From contig JBDOLX010000114.1 of the NCBI GenBank assembly GCA_039832905.1, forward strand, positions 1 to 39,440: a stretch of DNA of 39,440 bases, written 5' to 3'. The notes under the pieces are model-generated. The model was given only the letters and a program-made list of their open reading frames with translations, was not told where the DNA came from and searched no databases. Shown piece after piece: positions 9,498 through 19,358 of the stretch (the stretch's first letter is position 1; every line of letters starts with the position of its first letter). This DNA comes from Desulfurobacteriaceae bacterium (GTDB lineage: Bacteria > Aquificota > Aquificia > Desulfurobacteriales > Desulfurobacteriaceae). Made by a program: the position numbers and the translations under genes.

Positions 9498-9902
9498 ATG
9501 ATTTTGGAAATTTCTTTAAGGGACAAAATTTATATAGATGAAGACACACATGATATATACAAGAGGCTTAAGGAGGATTTAAAACTCTTTGATACTATGA
9601 AAGAACTATTCTTAGTAGCGGCAGCTGTAGGATATTATAACAATAAAAGAGTACCTTTAAAAAGGAGAAAAGATATTTTCTCTAAAAGTATTTTCGATAA
9701 GGAAACTGATATTCCATTTATTTATGTATTAGCATTAGCGGGAGAAAAAAGTAAAGAAGTTTTTCAAAAAGATGTTTTAAGTGTAGTTGAAGAATATGCT
9801 AACGGTGGAATTAGAATTTTGGCTGAAAAATTTGAAAATGTGAGAAAAATGGAAGAAGCTATAGACGAATTTAGTGCTTATTTAGTGGAGAAGTTTGGGT
9901 AG
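9498..9902 (+). CDS. Hypothetical 134-aa protein between the ATPase and the DUF262 nuclease
   Basis: AGAGAGG RBS; 4-nt gap from the preceding gene and overlaps the next gene. No recognisable motif. Confidence 0.55.
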   Translation: MILEISLRDKIYIDEDTHDIYKRLKEDLKLFDTMKELFLVAAAVGYYNNKRVPLKRRKDIFSKSIFDKETDIPFIYVLALAGEKSKEVFQKDVLSVVEEYANGGIRILAEKFENVRKMEEAIDEFSAYLVEKFG

Positions 9903-12027
9903 ATATTTGTTCGGAGGAGCGGAAGTGGGAGTAGAATATAAAAAGTATGAGTTAGAGAAATTCTTTGATCTTATAGATAGTGGAAAGATAGTTCTTCCAG
10001 AATTTCAAAGAGGATATGTATGGTCAATAGGAAAACAAAAAAGATTTCTTGCTAGTATTTTAGTAGGATTGCCAGTTGGAAGTACTCTTCATATTGAAGG
10101 TTCAGCTGGTGACTTTGTTGCAAGAGCTATTTGTGAACGACGAGAAGTGAACCCGAAAGAAGAATGTGAATATCTTTTAGATGGTCAGCAGAGGATTTCT
10201 ACTCTTTATAATATTTTTCAAGATATTTATGAAAAAGAAGAAACAAGGGATTGGAAAAAAGTCTTAAATTCTCTCTTTGATAAGCTTAGATATAGATGGT
10301 TTATTAAATTATCAAAGGAAGATGATATCTTTGGACTTAAAACATTAAAATTTGATCCAAGTAAGCTTCTTACTCTTGAACCTAGAAGAGTGGAAGAGTA
10401 TATAGAGGTGAAGAAAATAGAAGATATAAAGGAAGAAAAAATACAGAAAAAAAATGCTTGGTACCATCCTGCATTTATTCCTATAAAAGATGGACGAAAA
10501 CTTACAGGTCGGTTATCTGAATTGGAAAAGGCAAGATTGGCTGCAGAGGAATATTTAGTACCTTTGTTTGAAATTAGAAAGAAAGAGTTAGGATTGCATA
10601 GGCAAGTTCTTAAGCAAATTGCTAAAAGAAGAGTAGAAGAATTACAAGCAGAAGTAGCTGATGGAAAACTTAAGTTGAGAGATATATTGTCAGATATTCA
10701 TCCAGATATAGATAACTTGGACGAAAGAACTATTAATGAAGTATGGACAGAGTTGCAAATTAGTTGGGTAGAGGATGTTTCAAGATATCTAGAAGGATTA
10801 CTAAAAAGAGAAATTCCTGTTGTACTTTTACACAAAAATGAAATAGGTAGAGCTGCTGTTATTTTTGAGGAATTTAATACTGGAGGAACTAAGTTAGAAG
10901 ATTTCGATTTGTTTGTTGCTAAAGCAGCTAGAGTAGATTCAGAGAGGTCACTTGTAAGAAGGATAATGAATGTTCTAGATAGATCTTTTGATACTACTCA
11001 TTTAGAAAATGAGGCTATAAATTGGAAAGCAAATTTATTTACTCCAACAAAAGAGTTAAGTAAGAAATTTAAAAAGATATTTTTGAATTCCTTATCGTTA
11101 ATAGTATTTTCTCTGGAAAAAGGAGAAGAGCTTTCGAAAGAAATGACTCTTAGTGGTAAGATTCTTTCTTTACAACCTGAAGATGTAGTTAAATATACTG
11201 AGAGAGTAACAGAAGCTATTGTGAAAGCTTTTGCGTTTCTACAGTTGAAGTGTGGGCATGTTAATGAAAAATCTATTAGTTATGAATATATGATTTTACC
11301 AATAGTGTATGTGTTCTATTGTAAAGATGACATATGGTACGATAATAGCATTCTGAATAAGATAGGTGCTTGGTTTTGGGGATCTTTGTTTGCTGGTATG
11401 TATAAAGAAAGACAGGATGATCAGTTAATTAAAGATATAAAAATGCTTAAAGCTTGGTTAGTAGATGGAGAAGAAGATTCAGAAGAATTTAGGCGTTGGA
11501 AAACTGTTGTAACAGATAAAATATTTAATAGGGAAGGTTATTCAGACTGGGAGACACTGTTAAATAAAAATCCGGAAACAGAAGCACCTAAAGCTATTAA
11601 GAAAGCTATACTGAACTATATTCTTAGTAAGAAACCTGTAGATTTTTTACCGGATCAAGAGATTAATCTTACTGCGTATAAGTGTGCTAATGGTAATTTT
11701 AAGTTGGAAGAGCATCACATTATACCACTAGCAAGTGCAACTAAAATAGGAGAGTCTACAAAGAAGATAAGAAAAGAGAAAAAGCATATTTTGAATAGTC
11801 CCCTCAATCTTACATATATCTCTGATTCAGCAAATTTAAGAATCAGAGATAAAAGAATAGATGAGTACTTTAACGAGTTGGGACACTTTAAAATAGGTAC
11901 CCACATTTTTCCAACGGATATAAGGAAGCCTCAGAATGACGAAGAAAGAAAAGAAATTCTTAAGAAACGTTTGGAACTTTTGAAACAGAGTGTGACCTCT
12001 GAAATCAATATGTTACTAAATTCCTAA
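9895..12027 (+). CDS. DUF262 (ParB/Srx-like NTPase) + DUF1524 (His-Me finger nuclease) protein, GmrSD/SspE-like
   Basis: N-terminus has LPEFQRGYVW and LLDGQQRISTL. C-terminus has EEHHIIPLASA...NSPLNLTYISDSAN typical of DUF1524. The track start is TTG 9895; a GTG at 9925 preceded by GGAGGA is the more likely start. 3' end overlaps the dndE 3' end by 23 nt (convergent). Confidence 0.8.
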   Translation: MGRYLFGGAEVGVEYKKYELEKFFDLIDSGKIVLPEFQRGYVWSIGKQKRFLASILVGLPVGSTLHIEGSAGDFVARAICERREVNPKEECEYLLDGQQRISTLYNIFQDIYEKEETRDWKKVLNSLFDKLRYRWFIKLSKEDDIFGLKTLKFDPSKLLTLEPRRVEEYIEVKKIEDIKEEKIQKKNAWYHPAFIPIKDGRKLTGRLSELEKARLAAEEYLVPLFEIRKKELGLHRQVLKQIAKRRVEELQAEVADGKLKLRDILSDIHPDIDNLDERTINEVWTELQISWVEDVSRYLEGLLKREIPVVLLHKNEIGRAAVIFEEFNTGGTKLEDFDLFVAKAARVDSERSLVRRIMNVLDRSFDTTHLENEAINWKANLFTPTKELSKKFKKIFLNSLSLIVFSLEKGEELSKEMTLSGKILSLQPEDVVKYTERVTEAIVKAFAFLQLKCGHVNEKSISYEYMILPIVYVFYCKDDIWYDNSILNKIGAWFWGSLFAGMYKERQDDQLIKDIKMLKAWLVDGEEDSEEFRRWKTVVTDKIFNREGYSDWETLLNKNPETEAPKAIKKAILNYILSKKPVDFLPDQEINLTAYKCANGNFKLEEHHIIPLASATKIGESTKKIRKEKKHILNSPLNLTYISDSANLRIRDKRIDEYFNELGHFKIGTHIFPTDIRKPQNDEERKEILKKRLELLKQSVTSEINMLLNS

Positions 12028-12373
12028 AGTCTTCAAGCTTTTTAACCCTATTATAGAGGAGATCTGCTCCTCTATTTATATGTGCTCTGAAAAGCTCAAG
12101 TAGAAGTTTTTCATTTTGCAAATCAAAGCCATCTTTGTAAGCCCTTTGCTTAAAAAGACAAATCAAGATAGTGTCTAAATCACCAAGTAAAACATGCCTC
12201 ATTAACTCTTGACCATCTTGTTTATACCAATTCGGATCTGGTAATGTGGGGTCTTTCAAAGATAGAACCAAACCAAATCTACAGAGAATATTAGGAGTAA
12301 GACCTGTTCTTCCTTTTAGTATAGAAAGTTTTTGGCTAACTTTCTTGTCTAGGATAATCCTGTTAAATTTCAT
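12005..12373 (-). CDS. dndE: DNA sulfur modification protein DndE
   Basis: 122 aa, immediately downstream of dndD with a GGAGAGAG RBS. N-terminus MKFNRIILDKK...LKGRTGLTPNILCRFGLVLSL resembles the DndE family. Confidence 0.65.
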   Translation of the reverse strand: MKFNRIILDKKVSQKLSILKGRTGLTPNILCRFGLVLSLKDPTLPDPNWYKQDGQELMRHVLLGDLDTILICLFKQRAYKDGFDLQNEKLLLELFRAHINRGADLLYNRVKKLEDFRNLVTY

Positions 12374-12392
12374 TTTCTCTCTCCTAAAGCTA

Positions 12393-14327
12393 CTAATTCC
12401 AGAAGTATCCTTTTTGCACTTTTGTACACATACAATCTTCGTCGTAGACCAATAGATAAGAGTGTGATATATGTTTCTTCAATATGTTGAAAAGTTCTTT
12501 GTCCACTTCTACATTAGTAGACAAAATAATCACTTGATGGCTAATTTGTGGGAAATAATTATTAGCAAGATTTTCTCTGTGTTCGTTATCCAATCTACCT
12601 AAAGGAGTGTCTATAATCACTGGTAACTTTTTACCCGAGGTTTTTGCAAGTCCCCATAAAAACGATATTGCAAATATTTGTCTTTCTCCTGAAGAGAGTC
12701 TATCAATAGGAATTTTTCTATTATTCAAGTCAAAAAGAGTAATTTCAAAAGTTTCAGGGTCTATATGAAGATCTCTTATAAAATTCTCTTTTCTTTTAAG
12801 CTTATAAAGGGCATCTAGTATTTCTTTTTCCAAGATTTTTACCTTTCTTTTTATAAATTCGCTTCTGAACCTGTTAAGAACCTTCTGTGACTTTTCTATT
12901 AGGGAAATAACTCTTTTCTTCTTTGTCTTTTGTTTAATGAAGTTTTCTAATTTTTCTATCTCCTTTTCTATCTTTCTCTTCTCTCTTTCTAACTTATTGA
13001 CTTCTTCTTCTAACTGTTTCTTTTTAATTTCTGCTTCTATCTTTTCTTGGTCTAGCTTAGATATTTTTTCTAAATAGGGTCTGATAACCTCTTCGTCTGG
13101 AACATTTTGTAAACTGCTCTCGACTTCTAGTAACTCTTCTTCTAAGGTTTCTAATTTACGAAATAGTTCTTTAGCTTTATGTAAAGTGTTGGTTTTTAGG
13201 TTCTGTACTGCTATTTCTAGTAGTCTGTTTTCTCTTTCCGAAAGATCGTGAATGATGTCTATTTTAATTTCTTTTTTTACAAAGAATAGTCTTTTTATAT
13301 TTTCTAGCGTATCTTTATCTAAAGGAATGGATTTCAAAATACTTTCAAGTTCTTTGTACTTATTTTTTAGTATCTCTTCCTCAAACTTTATTTTTTTTAT
13401 CTCTTTTTCCATTTCTAGCTGGGCTAGAAGTTCTTCTAATAGATTTATACCTAGTGCAAGAGGTAAATCTTTGGAAGAAATTTCTCGTATCTCATTCTTA
13501 ACTTCTTCTATTTCGTTTTCCAGGAATTCTTTTTTGGATAGGTTTCTTTCATAATTTCTAAATAACTCTCCACCTTTTTCAATAAACTTTCTTTCTGCTT
13601 TCTTTAGTTCTTTTTCTAAATTGATTCTCTTTATTTCTAAACTAGCAATTTCCTGTTTTTTCTTTCCTAACTCTTCTTCTATTAGTTCTCTTTCTTCTTC
13701 CAGTTTGTTGAGTTCCTTTTGAATTTCTTCAGAGAAATCCTCTTGATGAAGATATCTTTTTCTTAATATTTCTAAACTATAGTTTAGAGTATCTACTACT
13801 GTAACTCCTAAAAGAGACTTGACGTCATTCACAAACTCTACTTCTGAAAAGTCTTCTGCAAGTTTTTCTATTTTCTCTCCATCAAAGAAGAAAAAGTTAA
13901 CCAAACTTGGAGGAATAATATCAGAAATAAATTCTTGCCATTGGTTTTTAGGAATTTCCTTATAAACTTCATTGTTTTTGTAAAGAAGAAATTCTTCTTT
14001 AAAACTTTTATTAAGATCCCATTTCCTAATTACTTTGTAAGTATCTTGAGATTCTAAGGAAAAATAAACAAACTCAAGTGATATTTGGGCAAGGTTCTCT
14101 CCTTTATGTATAAGTTTTCGAATAAACTCTTCATATTGTTTCTTTGTGTATCCGTAAATATTGTTACCGTATAAACATAACTTCACAGACTCAAGTAATG
14201 TAGTCTTTCCTGTTCCGTTTTTTCCACCAAACAAAATAATGTTTTTTCCTTTTCTTGGCTTTAAATCAAAAACATTTCTTCCTTTGTAAAGACCTATATT
14301 TTCTAAGGTTAAAGAAGTTAAAATCAT
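12393..14327 (-). CDS. dndD: DNA sulfur modification protein DndD (SMC-like ABC ATPase)
   Basis: Walker A GGKNGTGKTT; long coiled-coil. C-terminal signature LSSGERQIFAISFLWGLAKTSGKKLPVIIDTPLGRLDNEHRENLANNYFP characteristic of DndD. 4-nt overlap with dndC. Confidence 0.85.
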   Translation of the reverse strand: MILTSLTLENIGLYKGRNVFDLKPRKGKNIILFGGKNGTGKTTLLESVKLCLYGNNIYGYTKKQYEEFIRKLIHKGENLAQISLEFVYFSLESQDTYKVIRKWDLNKSFKEEFLLYKNNEVYKEIPKNQWQEFISDIIPPSLVNFFFFDGEKIEKLAEDFSEVEFVNDVKSLLGVTVVDTLNYSLEILRKRYLHQEDFSEEIQKELNKLEEERELIEEELGKKKQEIASLEIKRINLEKELKKAERKFIEKGGELFRNYERNLSKKEFLENEIEEVKNEIREISSKDLPLALGINLLEELLAQLEMEKEIKKIKFEEEILKNKYKELESILKSIPLDKDTLENIKRLFFVKKEIKIDIIHDLSERENRLLEIAVQNLKTNTLHKAKELFRKLETLEEELLEVESSLQNVPDEEVIRPYLEKISKLDQEKIEAEIKKKQLEEEVNKLEREKRKIEKEIEKLENFIKQKTKKKRVISLIEKSQKVLNRFRSEFIKRKVKILEKEILDALYKLKRKENFIRDLHIDPETFEITLFDLNNRKIPIDRLSSGERQIFAISFLWGLAKTSGKKLPVIIDTPLGRLDNEHRENLANNYFPQISHQVIILSTNVEVDKELFNILKKHISHSYLLVYDEDCMCTKVQKGYFWN

Positions 14328-15760
14328 TCTTTGTTAACCTCTCTTAAGATTTCTTCTTCTGTTCTCCATTCTTCGTTAAGAATTTTTTCAAGTTTCTTGA
14401 TAAGGGAGGTTTTTCTTGAGGAAAAAGCATTATACTGGCAAGTGTTAAGTAACTTGATTATTAGTCTTGGGTCTACATTTTCTTCTGTTGCCAATGACTC
14501 TATTAATTTCCTATCTTCCGCTGAAAAGACTCCAATATCTTCCTTTGGAATTTCTAACTCTTTTTCATAAACTTCTTTATAGATTTTTGCGACGCTATCT
14601 TCCCAATCACCTTCTTCCAGTTTCCAAATTCTTCTAATTTCTAAAAGTTCTTCAAGAGATATTAATTTAATTTCTTCTTCATAGGGATTATTCTCATTTA
14701 TCTTCTTCTCAGTTTCTAAAAGTTCTTTTAGGAAAATTTTTCTATATTCAAACTTGTAAGGTCCTCTCCCTAATTTCTTAGTTCCATTTCCATAGCTATT
14801 TCTTAAAAAGTATATACTTCCATCTCTTCTTTTGTAATCACGATAGATATGCTTATTTTCTGGATCTTGAGTTTTAACAAGCAATTCCCTAAATTCTTGA
14901 AGAGGGCGCAGCCAATTTTCCCCACTTTCTATAAGAGAACTAAGAGATTTTTCATTCTTAACAACAGTACAGACCCAACAACCGAATCTACTGTTACCTC
15001 CTGTCTGTTCATCAGCTGCAACTAAATTTCCAACTATAATAGGTGGTTCTCCCGCATTTGCTTGTTTATACATTTCAAATAACTCTTGATTGTTTCCTCC
15101 CCATGGAGACTCAAAATTAAGTAAATAATTCCAAACATCTTCAACTGTCCAGTCTTCTATAGGCGTGTAAACTAGAGCTCCAGGAAGAGTTGAATGTCTA
15201 GATAATCTACTATTTTCTATTTTGTGTTCATTTATCGTTTTCTCTCTATTGAGGCTTTCTGCCTTTCTAACTCCTAAAACTACAATAACTTCTCCATATT
15301 TACTTACTGTTTCAATTACAAATCTATTTGAAGGTTCTATCTTTAGTCTATCTGTGCACCATCTAAATTCTTTAGTGGGGGCAGGGTAACCTCTTCCAAT
15401 CAAATTAACCCAAAAAGTATCTGAAATTCGGGGACATACTTTTACAGCTTGAATAGGTAATCCTTTTTCTTTAGCTGCTTTATTAATAAGGGTAAGATTT
15501 TTATCTACGTAGTTTATGACTTTAGGGATTTCTATTAGTGTATCGGAAGAGAGTACGTATATAGGCTTTCTTAACTTATTTCTCGGCATTCTTTCTAAAG
15601 CTTCCCAAACCAATTGTAATGTTGCTGTAGAATCTTTTCCTCCGCTGTACCCTATTATCCACGGATAGCTATTTGAGAAATAAATATTCTCGATCTCTTT
15701 GTAAAGAGTATCTAAACTTTTTCCACCAAATAGAAAGGATTTTTTAGATTTATGTGACAT
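14324..15760 (-). CDS. dndC: DNA phosphorothioation protein DndC (PAPS-reductase-like ATP pyrophosphatase)
   Basis: PP-loop SGGKDS near the N-terminus; cysteine cluster RFGCWVCT; 478 aa. Operon position between dndB and dndD. Confidence 0.85.
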   Translation of the reverse strand: MSHKSKKSFLFGGKSLDTLYKEIENIYFSNSYPWIIGYSGGKDSTATLQLVWEALERMPRNKLRKPIYVLSSDTLIEIPKVINYVDKNLTLINKAAKEKGLPIQAVKVCPRISDTFWVNLIGRGYPAPTKEFRWCTDRLKIEPSNRFVIETVSKYGEVIVVLGVRKAESLNREKTINEHKIENSRLSRHSTLPGALVYTPIEDWTVEDVWNYLLNFESPWGGNNQELFEMYKQANAGEPPIIVGNLVAADEQTGGNSRFGCWVCTVVKNEKSLSSLIESGENWLRPLQEFRELLVKTQDPENKHIYRDYKRRDGSIYFLRNSYGNGTKKLGRGPYKFEYRKIFLKELLETEKKINENNPYEEEIKLISLEELLEIRRIWKLEEGDWEDSVAKIYKEVYEKELEIPKEDIGVFSAEDRKLIESLATEENVDPRLIIKLLNTCQYNAFSSRKTSLIKKLEKILNEEWRTEEEILREVNKE

Positions 15761-16796
15761 ATTTTTCTCCCAATATCTTCTTTAGAATGAACTCTGCTGT
15801 AGCTTTTATGTTTACGTTAGCTTTACTTAATCTACCTTTGTTTAGTGCTATTCCTTCCCACTCAGGATTATTTCTATGCCAGTCTATATCTTTCAGCCTA
15901 GAAAGAATTTCTCGTAGGTTTAATTGCTTTTTGATAATTACGCGACCTACTATAGCGATAGCGTTCAGAAAAAGTCCATGAGAATGGATGTATTCTTGTC
16001 TTGCCTTATAAGCAGCTAGTTCGCCTTTTTTTATCTTTTCCCACTCAGGAATGTTCCTACCTACTTCTTCCCAGAATTCAAAAGAAAGTATTCTGTCTTC
16101 TTCGCTTATTTCCACTTTGTTGCCTTTCTTATCTAGAAATTCTTTGGTAGCATGATAAATGCTACTTAGTGTAAAAAGTTTATTTGATCTATTTGATATA
16201 GAGCTTCTTTCATACTCTACTAAGTCTTTGAAATAGTAAACGTTTTCTGCAAGATATCTAGTTAACTCCGCCATCTGATCTCTATAGTCATATAGGATAC
16301 TAATGGATGGCGTTGGTTTTACGGAATACCTGTTCAAGTCAGTAAATATTTGCTGACTTCGTTCTAGTCCTAAATCAATAAAAACAACCATTGAAATTGT
16401 TTCGTAACCTAGTTCCGGATTTTCTTGAAGGGCTTGTTTTATAGCTTCAATCCTGTGTTGTCCGTCATTTATTATGATTCTTGAGTTTTTATCTATTTTA
16501 AGTTTTCCTATTTGATAGTTTTCTTCACTAATGGCTTCAAATTCCACTTTCCCATCAACGGAAATAGTGATTGAAGAAAAAACGTAAGTGTATGGGTTAT
16601 CCAAAATGTACTTTTTTATTTCTGGAATCCTTCTTTTATTGAGAATTCTCTGAGCCCTTAGTTTAGGTGGAAGTAAAGGAATGTTTATCTCTTTAAATAT
16701 CTCTGGAATTAGTTTTAATGGACACATTACAGTGTAAAATTCTTTTCCTGCTTGAATTCCTCTAACAGCAGGAAAGGTATAAAAGGAATTTCTCAT
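15750..16796 (-). CDS. dndB: DndB (DGQHR-domain regulator of the dnd operon)
   Basis: INDGQHRIEAI (DGQHR motif). N-terminus FPAVRGIQAGKEFYTVMCPL resembles the DndB family. Overlaps the dndC start. Confidence 0.8.
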   Translation of the reverse strand: MRNSFYTFPAVRGIQAGKEFYTVMCPLKLIPEIFKEINIPLLPPKLRAQRILNKRRIPEIKKYILDNPYTYVFSSITISVDGKVEFEAISEENYQIGKLKIDKNSRIIINDGQHRIEAIKQALQENPELGYETISMVVFIDLGLERSQQIFTDLNRYSVKPTPSISILYDYRDQMAELTRYLAENVYYFKDLVEYERSSISNRSNKLFTLSSIYHATKEFLDKKGNKVEISEEDRILSFEFWEEVGRNIPEWEKIKKGELAAYKARQEYIHSHGLFLNAIAIVGRVIIKKQLNLREILSRLKDIDWHRNNPEWEGIALNKGRLSKANVNIKATAEFILKKILGEKYVT

Positions 16797-16919
16797 AAGT
16801 ACTCCTATACCTTTAATGGAAGTTAACTAAAAAACTTCCATCTAATTATACATGCAAACTTCCAGTGAAGAAACTACCTTCTATGTATACTCAGCACAAG
16901 AAAAAGGAAACTATAAAAT

Positions 16920-17010
16920 TAATACATGTATTACATGTGTATTATACATATATTTTATCAGTAAAATACAACTAAACTACATGTTAATCACATGTATAAT
17001 ACATGTACTA
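16920..17010. promoter_or_regulatory. Cluster of five (T)ACATGT(A) palindromes upstream of dndB; candidate operator/promoter
   Basis: ATACATGTAT 16922-16931, TACATGTGTA 16932-16941, CTACATGTTA 16978-16987, CACATGTATA 16990-16999, ATACATGTAC 17000-17009. Located 125-210 bp upstream of the dndB start codon, in the only intergenic gap of the minus-strand gene block. Confidence 0.4.
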
Positions 17011-17119
17011 CACCTGCAAGGTTATTACAAATCTCTTTCAAAACCACTTAAGTGTTCTTCCACTGATAACTTTCATACTTTACTGAAAGATCAACTTAAA
17101 GCTTTATCTCACTCAGAAT

Positions 17120-18913
17120 TTAAAAAGCAAACTCATACTTTACGACCGATCCATCCATTCCAGCCGAAATTAAATAATTTCCATCGTTTGAAAAATCGAT
17201 GGAGTTTACAAAGCCAATATGGGCAGGAAGTTTCAGAACAAGGTCACTATTTTCTAAGTTAAAAACGAGAAGATTTCCTTCAAATGTTCCACACGCTAAG
17301 AGGTCGTTACTTAAAAATTTTAAAGTGGAAGGTTCTTTCACTTTTAAGCTAGCTTCTGTGAAACCTGTTTCTGTATCTACGATTTCTATTTCTCCGTTAT
17401 TTTTACCAACTGCAAGAAGTTTTCCATCGTTAGAAAATGTAAAAGTTGATACTTCTTTTCCAAAGTTTTTTATTAACTTACGATTTGTAATGTTTTCAAG
17501 TATAAACTCGGAATTTTCGTAAAAGTAACAGCCCAAGAGAAAGTTATCTCTGAAAGTCATTGCTGAAAGACAAAAGTCACCAATTGGAATCTCAGAGGTT
17601 TCCCATGTTTTAGTATTTATCAACACTACAGTACCGAAACATCCTGCTGCAAGGGTTGTTCCGTTAGTTGAAAAAGTTAAAGAACCTACAAATGTTGGAC
17701 ATGGAATTTTTTTGATAACTTCTTCCTTATTGGTATCAACAATAACAACCTTTTTATCTTCGGTACCACAGGCTAAAAGTCCTGTTTTGGAATTAAATGC
17801 TGCTGATTCTATAAATCCATCAGTTTCAGCTATCTCCTTAAAGCTTCTATCTTCAAAACTATATCTAAAAATCTTTGTATCCGCCACCAAAGAAAAGGAC
17901 TCCTTCGAACAAAATACAAACTTTCCAGGTTCAGTAGGATCTATTTTCCAGACGATTTCGTCTTTATCTAAATCCCACAGCTCAATTCCAAGACTTCCTG
18001 CTGCAAGGTATTTGCCATCGGGACTGAAAGATATTGAGTAGATCTTTTCAAACTTTCGCATCCCTTTTTTGTAGGGAAGGCTACTTTTTAACTTTTTAAT
18101 TTCTTCCAGAGTTTCTAAATCAACAAGACTTATTTCTCTAGCTTTTCCAAGGGCAATTACCTTTCCATTAGGACTGAAAACAGCAGATACGGAATTATCA
18201 AAAGTTTCTAAAACCTCTCCTGTTTCAATATCTACAAGACACGCTTTCTTCTTCCTTTCTGAGAGTTTTTTATTATCCATTTGGTGAAAAATCATTCCAC
18301 AAAGGAGAAGCTTTCCATCGTGACTTATATCAAGGGAAAAGAGAGAACATTTTGAATTTTCATGAATACTAAACGATTTAATTTCTTTTCCTGTTTCGGC
18401 ATTAAATATTCTTATTGTTTTGCCTTCTGCGTACATTATTCTTTTACCGTCAGGGGTAAAAGTTAAATATCCTCCACACTCAATCCCTTGTTCCCATAAG
18501 ACATCTCTTGTCTCTAAATCCCTAAGCTGGAGATAAATTAAAAACTCAATTCCTTTTTCTTTTCGTATTTCTCTTTTAGTTATAACAGCAAAAGTTTTAC
18601 CGTTAGGATTCACTTTAACACTTTCTACAAAGTCAAAGTTTTCTGCTATAAAGTCTGTAGATTTACCGCTTTCAATATCGACAAAATCAAGGATTTCATT
18701 TGCCCTCAGAACTAATTTACTGTCTATTGTGATGTCGATATCGTAAAGCCAAGCTTTATTACTCAGCGTCCAGAGAAGAGTTCCACTTTCTACATCCCAA
18801 CATTTCGTAAATGAGTTACAGGTAGAAATCAATTTTTTTCCGTCAGGCGTGAAACTAAGATGTTTGACCCATGAAGGATGACTGGCTGATTGAATAAGTT
18901 TTTCAACTTTCAT
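17120..18913 (-). CDS. WD40 beta-propeller repeat protein, 597 aa (about 14 blades), no other domain
   Basis: Repeating ~40-aa units with FSPDGK/SNDGK...G.....W(D/E) patterns throughout. AAGGGAG RBS. Confidence 0.85.
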   Translation of the reverse strand: MKVEKLIQSASHPSWVKHLSFTPDGKKLISTCNSFTKCWDVESGTLLWTLSNKAWLYDIDITIDSKLVLRANEILDFVDIESGKSTDFIAENFDFVESVKVNPNGKTFAVITKREIRKEKGIEFLIYLQLRDLETRDVLWEQGIECGGYLTFTPDGKRIMYAEGKTIRIFNAETGKEIKSFSIHENSKCSLFSLDISHDGKLLLCGMIFHQMDNKKLSERKKKACLVDIETGEVLETFDNSVSAVFSPNGKVIALGKAREISLVDLETLEEIKKLKSSLPYKKGMRKFEKIYSISFSPDGKYLAAGSLGIELWDLDKDEIVWKIDPTEPGKFVFCSKESFSLVADTKIFRYSFEDRSFKEIAETDGFIESAAFNSKTGLLACGTEDKKVVIVDTNKEEVIKKIPCPTFVGSLTFSTNGTTLAAGCFGTVVLINTKTWETSEIPIGDFCLSAMTFRDNFLLGCYFYENSEFILENITNRKLIKNFGKEVSTFTFSNDGKLLAVGKNNGEIEIVDTETGFTEASLKVKEPSTLKFLSNDLLACGTFEGNLLVFNLENSDLVLKLPAHIGFVNSIDFSNDGNYLISAGMDGSVVKYEFAF

Positions 18914-18978
18914 CTCTTTTCTCCCTTAAAAGGTTTGTATCTTAAGCTATTGAAAGCTTAAAAAACTCTTATTTTTCA

Positions 18979-19326
18979 CTATGTTTCCCCTTGGATTTCA
19001 TAATGTTCATCCCATCTCAGTTCAACATCTTCTTTTAGGTTGTAAAACTGACATACGGACTCAATTAAGTTTTTGTTATTTAGGACTTTTTTAGACGAAA
19101 GGATTACAAAGCGTTTTTTCCTCTTATTATAGACTACTCTGCCCCTTGGAATTTCGTCATATTCTAACAGTCTTAGTTGCGGATAACGGAGAATAAATTC
19201 ATCCCAATACGTAAAGTGATCACAAGACGGCTGAACCGTGTCTCCGTAATCTTCACCATTTTCAACTGGTTCCTTAAAACCGTCAACTTTGTTGTTTACT
19301 ATCCAGAAGACGCCAATATGAGGCAT
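18979..19326 (-). CDS. Hypothetical 115-aa protein in the FtsZ-like/DUF262/WD40 operon
   Basis: AAAGGA RBS. Gaps of 33 and 66 nt to its neighbours on the same strand. No recognisable motif. Confidence 0.55.
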   Translation of the reverse strand: MPHIGVFWIVNNKVDGFKEPVENGEDYGDTVQPSCDHFTYWDEFILRYPQLRLLEYDEIPRGRVVYNKRKKRFVILSSKKVLNNKNLIESVCQFYNLKEDVELRWDEHYEIQGET

Positions 19327-19358
19327 CTAAAATCCTTTTTTTTAACTCATTCTTATTT

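Noticed and set aside
16852-17262. ORF 16852-17262(+), 136 aa
   Set aside because: It spans the ACATGT palindrome cluster and then runs antisense to the 3' end of the WD40 gene. There is no RBS and the composition is driven by the palindromes.
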